A DNA stretch of 61,437 bases from Actinotalea sp. GTDB lineage: Bacteria; Actinomycetota; Actinomycetes; Actinomycetales; Cellulomonadaceae. How positions within the stretch are numbered: the stretch's first letter is position 1; each line of letters begins with the position of its first letter. The stretch lies in assembly GCA_035433545.1 (NCBI GenBank), contig DAORVC010000004.1:1-61437 (forward strand). Reading direction: 5' to 3'. The translations under genes and the position numbers were made by a program. The notes under the pieces are model-generated. The model was not told the DNA's origin and did not search any database. It saw only the letters and a list, made by a program, of their open reading frames with translations. This document shows positions 54,733 through 61,437 of this stretch, in pieces.

Positions 54733-55586
54733 CGGGTTCCCGCCGGCTCGCCGGCCGGGGCCGGGCCGGGCGCACCCGTCGTCGGCGCCATCGGTGCCAC
54801 CACCTCGTGCGCCGCGGCCCGGCCTGCGGCGAAACCCTCACGCCACGCCTCGGCCGCCCCGACCCGGAACAGGTCGTCAGCGGCCGCGCGCACCGCTGCG
54901 CGCGCACCGGTGCCGTCGTCGGCCGTGACGTGGTGGCCCAGGCCGCGCACCACGGCCACCGGTCGCCCCGCCGTCTTGCCCCGCACCAGCTCGCTCGCTG
55001 CGGCCACCTGGTCGGCGACGGCCGTGATCGTCGCGCTCATCGCGCGGCCGTGCGCGTCGAGCCCGCCGCGCAGGTCCGCCAGCACCGTGACCCCGGCGGC
55101 CCCGATGGCGATGTCCGTCAGCCCCTCGCGCCACGCGCGGCCCGCCGTGTCGGAGACCACCACGCCGAGCCGCAGCCCGAAGCGCGCGGCGAGCGCAGCC
55201 CGCAGCCCGCGCGCCGAGGCGTCGGGGTCCACCGGCAGCAGCAGCACCGTGCCCGCGGGGGTGTTGCTCGCGTCCACCCCGGCCGCGGCCATGACCAGGC
55301 CGAGCCGGTTCTCGACGATGCGCAGGGTGCCGCCCGGGTGCTCCCGGGTGGCGACCACGCGCACGGTCTCGTCGGTGATGGCCTGCTCGCGGTCGTCAGC
55401 TGCGACCACGCGACCCTCGGCCTTGGACACCACCTTGCTCGTCACGACCACGACGTCGCCGTCGGCCAGCGTCCCCGCGAGGGCGTCGCCGACCAGCCGC
55501 GCGAGGTCGTCACCGGGGCGGACCTCGCCGATCCCGTCGGGTGCCCAGACCTCGAGCCGGTCGGCCGGGGCCGCGCTCGCGCTCAC
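54729..55586 (-). CDS. cofE: Coenzyme F420-0:L-glutamate ligase CofE (ligase domain only)
   Basis: [60 protein letters not shown] overlaps at both ends. Confidence 0.92.
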   Translation of the reverse strand: MSASAAPADRLEVWAPDGIGEVRPGDDLARLVGDALAGTLADGDVVVVTSKVVSKAEGRVVAADDREQAITDETVRVVATREHPGGTLRIVENRLGLVMAAAGVDASNTPAGTVLLLPVDPDASARGLRAALAARFGLRLGVVVSDTAGRAWREGLTDIAIGAAGVTVLADLRGGLDAHGRAMSATITAVADQVAAASELVRGKTAGRPVAVVRGLGHHVTADDGTGARAAVRAAADDLFRVGAAEAWREGFAAGRAAAHEVVAPMAPTTGAPGPAPAGEPAGTR

Positions 55587-56593
55587 CGGTGGAGCTTCGG
55601 CAGCACCTCGCGGCCGAACACCTCGAGCCACTGCGCCTGGTTGCGACCGACGTTGTGCAGGTAGACCCGGTCGAAGCCCAGGTCGACGTAGCGCTGCAGC
55701 TCGGCGCGGTGCACGTCCGGGTCGGCCGAGACGACCATCCGGCCCGCGAAGTCCTCCGGCCGCACCAGCTTGGCCATCTGCTCGAAGTCGAACGGGGAGC
55801 GGATGTCGCCCTTGGGGAACTTCATCCCGCCGTTGGGCCACTGCTCCATGGCGTTGGCCATCGCCTCCTCGTCGGTCTCTGCCCACGACAGGTGCACCTG
55901 GAGCAGCCGCGGCATCGTCGAGGGGTCCTTGCCCGCCTCGCGTGCGCCCTCGTCGAACTTGGCGAAGAGCCCGGCGATCTTCTCCAGGGGCGCGCCCACG
56001 GTGATGAGGCCGTCCGTGAGGCGACCGGCCCGCTTGGCCGTGACGGGACCGGCCGTGGCGACGTAGATCTCCGGCGGCACCTGCGGCATGGTCCACAGCC
56101 GGGTGGACTCGAGCTTGTAGAACGGCCCCGAGTGCTTGACGTCCTTGCCGGCGAGCGAGGCCGTGAAGAGCTTGGTGATGACGTCGATCGCCTCGAACAT
56201 GCGGTTGATCCGCTCGGGCGCCTCGGGCCAGTACGTGCCGAGGATGTGCTCGTTGAGCGCCTCGCCGGAGCCCAGGCCCAGCCAGTGCCGGCCCGGGTAC
56301 ATCGCGGCCAGCGTCGCCGAGGCCTGCGCGACCATCGCCGGGTGCCAGCGGAAGGTCGGCGCCGTGACCCCGGGGCCGATGTCACCGGACGTGCGCTCGC
56401 CGAGCGCCGCGAGGACGTTCCAGACGAACGCAGCCTCGCCCTGTGCGGGCACCCACGGCTGGAAGTGGTCGGCCGCCATGACACCGGAGAAGCCGTTCCG
56501 CTCTGCCAGCACCGCCAGCTCGAGGATCTCCAGCGGGGCGAACTGCTCCAGCGCCGCCGCGTACCCGACCGTCAGCCCTGCCACCACGACCAC
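55583..56593 (-). CDS. F420-dependent LLM oxidoreductase of the G6PDH (FGD)-like family (TIGR03557-like)
   Basis: [30 protein letters not shown]. Translationally coupled to cofE-cofC. Confidence 0.88.
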   Translation of the reverse strand: MVVVAGLTVGYAAALEQFAPLEILELAVLAERNGFSGVMAADHFQPWVPAQGEAAFVWNVLAALGERTSGDIGPGVTAPTFRWHPAMVAQASATLAAMYPGRHWLGLGSGEALNEHILGTYWPEAPERINRMFEAIDVITKLFTASLAGKDVKHSGPFYKLESTRLWTMPQVPPEIYVATAGPVTAKRAGRLTDGLITVGAPLEKIAGLFAKFDEGAREAGKDPSTMPRLLQVHLSWAETDEEAMANAMEQWPNGGMKFPKGDIRSPFDFEQMAKLVRPEDFAGRMVVSADPDVHRAELQRYVDLGFDRVYLHNVGRNQAQWLEVFGREVLPKLHR

Positions 56594-56664
56594 CTCTTCC
56601 GCCGCCCCGACGGGCGACCTCGTCCGACCCTAACCGGCGCCGTGTGACGACCGCGTGTCGCGGC

Positions 56665-59220
56665 CTACTCGTAGGAGACGGCCGCGAGCACGTCCAGCCG
56701 CGCGGCGCGCACCGCCGGCCACACGGCCGCGAGCACCCCGACGACGACGGCGAGCGCGACGAGCACGCCGAGCTGGTCCCACGGGACCTCCAGCGTGCTG
56801 AGCCCCTCGTCCTGGAACACCGTCGGCAGGGTCGCCGCGAGGCCGGCGCCGATCGCGACACCCAGCACGGTGCCGAACACCGCGGTGAGCACCGACTCGA
56901 TGGTCACCACGGTGGCGAGCTGGAGCCGGCCCAGCCCGACCGCGCGCAGCAGGCCGATCTCGCGTGTGCGCTCGGCGATCGACAGGGCGAGGGTGTTGAC
57001 GATGCCCAGCACCGCGATGACGATCGACAGGCCCAGCAGCGCGTAGAGGATGACGAGCACCTGGCCGACCTGGTCGGACAGCGCGTCGGCGAACTCCTCG
57101 TTGTCCATCACCGAGACGACGATGAAGGGGCTCGCGGCGTCCGTGAGGTCGGACCGCAGGGCGGCGAGGTCCGCGCCGTCGCGGGCCACGACGAAGACCG
57201 TGTCGATGGTGGTCTGCGCCGGGGCGACCACCTGCTCGAAGACGTCCTGCGGCAGCACCACCGGCACGCCGACGGCGCGGGAGTCGATGACCGCCCCGAT
57301 GGTGACCTGCTCGTCACCGGCACCGGAGCGCAGGGTCAGCCGGTCCCCGACCGCCCAGCCCTCCTCGTCCGCCGTCGTGCGCTGCACGGCGACGTCGCCG
57401 TCGGCGAGGGAGCCGAGGTCGCCGTCGGTGACCGTGACGTCGAGCGCCGCGTCGAAGACGCCCGGGTCCACGCCGATGACCGCCGTGGTGGCGCCGTCGA
57501 CCGTGAGCACCCCGACCCGCAGCGCGTCGGCGCGGGCCACGTCCGGCAGGTCGGCGACCTGCGTGACGAGCTCCGCCGGCACGTCGCGCGTCGCGGACTG
57601 CAGCAGGTAGTCGGCGGTCGACTCGTTCTCGACGATCGAGCGCGTGGAGGCCTGGGTGGACGCCGCCAGGACGGACGCCGCACCGACCAGCGCCATGCCG
57701 ATCATCAGCGCGCTGGCCGTGCTCGCGGTGCGCCGCGGGTTGCGTGTGACGTTGCCGCGGGCCAGGCCGCCCAGCGGCCTCAGTGCGGCGACGGCCGGTG
57801 CGGCGAGCACGCGCAGCGCGCCGGGGACGACGGTGGGCGCGAGCAGCAGGACGCCGAGGACGACGCCCGCCGCCCCGGCGCCGAGCACGGGGCCCGGGCC
57901 GTCGACCCAGCCGGCGGTGGCGGCGACGACGGCCGCGACGCCGCCGACGGTCAGCACGCCGCCGAGCAGCGCGCGCAGCGCCGAGCCCCGGTCGTGGACC
58001 ACCACCTCGTCGCGCATGGCCTCGACGGGGGGCGTCAGCGCAGCCCGCCGCGCCGGGATCGCCGCAGCGACGAGGCTCACCGTCGTGCCGATCGCCACCG
58101 AGACCGCGACGGTGAACCCGTCGAGCGGGATGGTGCCGGACAGCTCCATGCCCATGGCGGCCAGCACCCCGCGCAGGATCGCGACGAGACCCACCCCCGC
58201 ACCCACGCCGAGCGCCGAGCCGAGCACGCCGACCACGGCGGCCTGGACGAGGATCGAGACGAGCACCTGGAGCGGGGAGGCACCGATCGCGCGGAGCATG
58301 GCGAACTCACGCTGACGCTGGCGGACGGTCATCTGGAAGGTGTTGGCGATGATGAACGCACCGACGAAGAGCGAGATCGCCGCGAAGACGAGCAGGAACG
58401 TCGAGATGAAGCCGAGCACCTGGTCGATCTGCTCCTGGGCCTCGTCGCGCAGCGTGGTGCCGGTCTCGGCCTCGACGTCGGCGCCGCCCACCGCGGCCTC
58501 GAGCCGGTCGACGAGCTCGGCCTCCGAGACGCCGTCTGCCGCGTAGACCGCGATCGAGGCGACCTCGCCGTCTGGGGCGAAGATCTCGGTGGCCGTGTCG
58601 ACGTCGAGGAAGATGATCGTCGCCCCGGCGGTCGGGGCACCGAAGGAGACCTCGCCGACGACGTCGACCTGGGTCACGGCGCCGCCCAGCACCACGGTCG
58701 TGGTGTCGCCCAGCGCGAGCCCCGAGCGCTCCAGCGTGCCGCTGACCAGCGCGATCTCGTCCGGTCCGCCCGGGGCACGGCCGTCGACCACCTCGGCGCC
58801 GGGGTCGCGCGGGTCGAGCCCGATGGCGAAGCTCGGCGCACCGCCGCCGCCCGCGACGACCGCCGTGCCGTCCGCCCCGACGAGCACCACGGGGCCGGAG
58901 ATGTCGGGGATCGCGGCGGTCACGCCGTCGACGTCGGACGCCTCGTCGGCGAGGCTCAGCGGGACCAGCGCCCGCGTGGAGGTGCCGACGGTCGCCGCGC
59001 CACCGCCGCCGGCCAGGGCGTCCTCGACGGGCTCGGCCGGGCCGCGCAGGTAGGCGTCGCCCACCAGCGAGGACGCGACGATGTCGCTGAAGGTGCTCGA
59101 GAGCATCGTGCGCAGCGCGAAGGTGCCGGCCACGAAGGCGACGCCGAGCAGCACGGCCACGACGGACATGACGAACCGCCCGAGGTGGCTGCGGATGCCC
59201 CGCAGGGCGACCCGGGTCAT
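56665..59220 (-). CDS. FtsX-like ABC transporter permease (duplicated FtsX domains)
   Basis: IANTFQMTVRQRQREFAMLRAIGA, NPRRT, NTLALSIAERTREIGLLRAVG. Confidence 0.92.
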   Translation of the reverse strand: MTRVALRGIRSHLGRFVMSVVAVLLGVAFVAGTFALRTMLSSTFSDIVASSLVGDAYLRGPAEPVEDALAGGGGAATVGTSTRALVPLSLADEASDVDGVTAAIPDISGPVVLVGADGTAVVAGGGGAPSFAIGLDPRDPGAEVVDGRAPGGPDEIALVSGTLERSGLALGDTTTVVLGGAVTQVDVVGEVSFGAPTAGATIIFLDVDTATEIFAPDGEVASIAVYAADGVSEAELVDRLEAAVGGADVEAETGTTLRDEAQEQIDQVLGFISTFLLVFAAISLFVGAFIIANTFQMTVRQRQREFAMLRAIGASPLQVLVSILVQAAVVGVLGSALGVGAGVGLVAILRGVLAAMGMELSGTIPLDGFTVAVSVAIGTTVSLVAAAIPARRAALTPPVEAMRDEVVVHDRGSALRALLGGVLTVGGVAAVVAATAGWVDGPGPVLGAGAAGVVLGVLLLAPTVVPGALRVLAAPAVAALRPLGGLARGNVTRNPRRTASTASALMIGMALVGAASVLAASTQASTRSIVENESTADYLLQSATRDVPAELVTQVADLPDVARADALRVGVLTVDGATTAVIGVDPGVFDAALDVTVTDGDLGSLADGDVAVQRTTADEEGWAVGDRLTLRSGAGDEQVTIGAVIDSRAVGVPVVLPQDVFEQVVAPAQTTIDTVFVVARDGADLAALRSDLTDAASPFIVVSVMDNEEFADALSDQVGQVLVILYALLGLSIVIAVLGIVNTLALSIAERTREIGLLRAVGLGRLQLATVVTIESVLTAVFGTVLGVAIGAGLAATLPTVFQDEGLSTLEVPWDQLGVLVALAVVVGVLAAVWPAVRAARLDVLAAVSYE

Positions 59221-60170
59221 CGGTGGTCCGCGGCCTGGTCGGCCGGGCCGGGCTGGGCGGCGTCCCGCGCCGCGCGGCGCGAAGCCCGGGTCTCCTCGCC
59301 GGCGCTCGCGGCGAGCGCGGCGCGCTCGGCCCGCGCCACGCGCGCGGCCTGCTCGAGCACGGCGGGGTGGTCGGCGACCGACGCGTGCGCGCCGGTGGGC
59401 GTGGGCTCGCGCCGGCCGACGCCGAGGCCGCGCAGGGCGTCGAGGACGGACTCGGCCGTGGGGTGCTCCAGCTCGCCGACGAGGCGGCCGTCCGCGAGGA
59501 AGAGGACCCGGTGGGCGTAGGAGGCCGCGGTCGGGTCGTGGGTCACCATGACGACGGCCTGGCCGAGCTCGTCGACCGAGCGGCGCAGGAAGGCGAGGAC
59601 CTCGCCGGACGAGCGCGAGTCGAGGTTCCCGGTCGGCTCGTCCGCGAAGACCACGGACGGGCGCGAGACGAGGGCGCGGGCGCACGCGACGCGCTGCTGC
59701 TGGCCGCCGGAGAGCTCGCTCGGGCGGTGGTCGAGCCGGTCGCGCAGCCCGACGGCGTCCACGACGGTGTCGAACCACGCGCGGTCCACGGGCGTGCGCG
59801 CGATGTCCGCAGGCAGGGTGATGTTCTCCTCTGCGGTCAGGGTGGGGATGAGGTTGAAGGCCTGGAAGACGAAGCCGAGGCGCGTGCGGCGCAGCCGCGT
59901 GAGCTGGCGCTGGTTCATCCGCCCGACGTCGTCGCCGTCGACGTGGACCGCGCCGCTCGTCGGCGTGTCCAGGCCGGCCATGCAGTGCATGAGGGTGGAC
60001 TTGCCCGAGCCGGACGGACCCATGATCGCGGTGAGCTCGCCGCGGGCGATGTCGACGCTGACGCCGTCGAGCGCGCGCACGGCCGCCTCGCCGGTGCCGT
60101 AGACCTTGACCAGGTCCCGCGTCGAGGCGATCTGCCCCGCGGCGACCGGGTCCGGGCTGAGAGCGCGCAT
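59217..60170 (-). CDS. ABC transporter ATP-binding protein (LolD/MacB-like)
   Basis: GPSGSGKST, FQAFNL, LSGGQQQR, ADEPTGNLD, VTHD. Confidence 0.93.
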   Translation of the reverse strand: MRALSPDPVAAGQIASTRDLVKVYGTGEAAVRALDGVSVDIARGELTAIMGPSGSGKSTLMHCMAGLDTPTSGAVHVDGDDVGRMNQRQLTRLRRTRLGFVFQAFNLIPTLTAEENITLPADIARTPVDRAWFDTVVDAVGLRDRLDHRPSELSGGQQQRVACARALVSRPSVVFADEPTGNLDSRSSGEVLAFLRRSVDELGQAVVMVTHDPTAASYAHRVLFLADGRLVGELEHPTAESVLDALRGLGVGRREPTPTGAHASVADHPAVLEQAARVARAERAALAASAGEETRASRRAARDAAQPGPADQAADHR

Positions 60171-60320
60171 GGAGATGTCCTTCACGTCGTGGTGGGTGCA
60201 CCCATCATCGCCGCTGGAGGTGGGGCCACGGATCAGGGAACACCCCCCAGCATCCCCTGACTTCCCGGGCGGGGGCGCGGGGCGCGCGGGTGGGTGGGGT
60301 GGGCGGGGGCGGACGGCGGG

Positions 60321-60812
60321 TCAGCTGCCGTCGGCCTCCGCCTGCTCCCAGCACAGGATTGCGGGAAGCCGGCCGTCGCGGAGGAGGTCGAGCACGGCGC
60401 GCTCGTGCGGGACGACGGGCTCCGGCAGGCGGTCCAGTCCGAACCACTGCATGTCGCCCGCCCGGTCAGGCTCGCGGATGGTCGGATCGCCCTCCCATAC
60501 CTCTGTCGCGAAGAAGAAGTCGCACCGCTGCTCCACCGCCGGACCGTCGATCTGGAACCGGTGCAGGGTGGCGAGCGGCACCAGATCAGGCGGTTCGATC
60601 CGGACTCCGCTCTCCTCCCGAGCCTCACGGACCGCCGCGCCGTGCGCCGACTCCCCAGTTTCGACATGCCCGGCGAGCAACGCCCAGTGCCCATCCAGAT
60701 AGCCCGTGCCGCGCCGCAGCTGGAGCAGGACGGTGTTCCCCTTCCGGAGCAGCACGTACGAGGCCGCAACGAGGTGGACCGCGCCACTGCGCCGCTTCGA
60801 CTTCGGAGCCAT
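60321..60812 (-). CDS. NUDIX hydrolase
   Basis: Nudix box GHVETGESAHGAAVREAREESG. GGAGGG RBS. Confidence 0.9.
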   Translation of the reverse strand: MAPKSKRRSGAVHLVAASYVLLRKGNTVLLQLRRGTGYLDGHWALLAGHVETGESAHGAAVREAREESGVRIEPPDLVPLATLHRFQIDGPAVEQRCDFFFATEVWEGDPTIREPDRAGDMQWFGLDRLPEPVVPHERAVLDLLRDGRLPAILCWEQAEADGS

Positions 60813-60915
60813 CGCAACATCCCTCCGCTCGCTGGTGCTACCGCCCGGTCGGGACGGATCGGGATCGAGGCGATGTGAGCCTCGCCCCCTCGACAAGGGG
60901 CGCCCGGACGACGCG

Positions 60916-60944
60916 TGTCGGTGGTCGATCGTACACTCGTTCGA
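60916..60944 (+). promoter_or_regulatory. DNA-damage promoter: RecA-NDp (PafBC-type) motif overlapped by a LexA-type SOS box
   Basis: TGTCGGTG (60916-60923), 8 nt, TACACT (60932-60937). TCGTAC-ACTC-GTTCGA (60929-60944) has one mismatch to TCGAAC-N4-GTTCGA. Confidence 0.75.
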
Positions 60945-60959
60945 AGAGGAGATGGGGTG

Positions 60960-61437
60960 ATGCGAGTGGCCGAGCAGGGGTGGCAGGCGACGGTCGAGCG
61001 GCTGCGGGCGGAGGTCGATGCCGTGCTCGCGCTGGACGTCGCCGCCCTCGAGGCCGCCGACGCCGGCGCGCTGCGTCGGTCGCTGCGCCGGGCGACCGAC
61101 CAGCTCCAGGCCGTCGCCGCGCGGCTGCTCGCGCGCGTGGAGGACGACGGCCGCTGGTCCGCCGGCGGCACGCGGACCTTCGGCGAGTGGGTCGCGCGGC
61201 GCGAGCTGACGTCCGTCGGCGCGGCCCGTCGCGAGGCGGAGCTGGGTCGCGCGCTCGGCACCGACCTCCCGGCGACGGCCCGAGCCGTCGCGGCCGGTGA
61301 GCTCACCCTCGAGCATGCCCAGGTGCTCGCCCGGCTCGCCCCGACGTCGCAGGCCCGGCGTGCCGCGCTCGCCGGGACCGGGCCCGCCGCCGGCACGGTC
61401 GCGGACGAGCAGGGACTGGTCCGCACCGCAACCGGGA
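60960..61437 (+). CDS. DUF222 domain protein (13E12-repeat family, usually with C-terminal HNH), runs off the window
   Basis: MRVAEQGW...GRWSAGGTRTFGEWVARR...LPATARAVAAGELTLEHAQVL resembles DUF222 N-termini. GAGGAG RBS. HNH part not visible. Confidence 0.75.
   Translation, partial: MRVAEQGWQATVERLRAEVDAVLALDVAALEAADAGALRRSLRRATDQLQAVAARLLARVEDDGRWSAGGTRTFGEWVARRELTSVGAARREAELGRALGTDLPATARAVAAGELTLEHAQVLARLAPTSQARRAALAGTGPAAGTVADEQGLVRTATG

Overview
High-GC actinobacterial chromosome segment. Gene content and order suggest Micrococcales, possibly Cellulomonas/Actinotalea-like (inference). Bases 1-33.9 kb are mostly core genes on the minus strand: rpsB (partial), M23 peptidase (+), WhiG/FliA sigma, xerC, dprA, comM/yifB, yraN, DUF2469, rnhB, lepB, rplS, trmD, rimM, khpA, rpsP, ffh, glnD-glnK-amtB, ftsY, smc, ndk, DUF4233, an inserted MFS/TetR plus dhaKLM block, folC, and ileS with a translational T-box riboswitch. 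Bases 34-61 kb are accessory: a TipA-like MerR regulator with an internal start, a GGDEF protein, a secreted beta-helix protein and a roughly 18.4 kb F420-centred locus (38.2-56.6 kb). That locus has (i) a reductive pyrimidine-catabolism operon preceded by GlnR-like boxes, in which a Mer-like F420-dependent LLM occupies the place of the missing dihydropyrimidine dehydrogenase, and (ii) a deazaflavin salvage module: a putative F420-0/FO ABC importer with cofD, cofC, a short cofE and a second F420 LLM, but no FO synthase in the window. A structured ~107-nt leader precedes the importer. The window ends with a FtsX-type ABC pair, a NUDIX gene and a DUF222 gene carrying overlapping PafBC-type and LexA-type promoter motifs. 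No rRNA, tRNA, CRISPR array or transposase was recognised. Family assignments are from motif recognition, not database searches.
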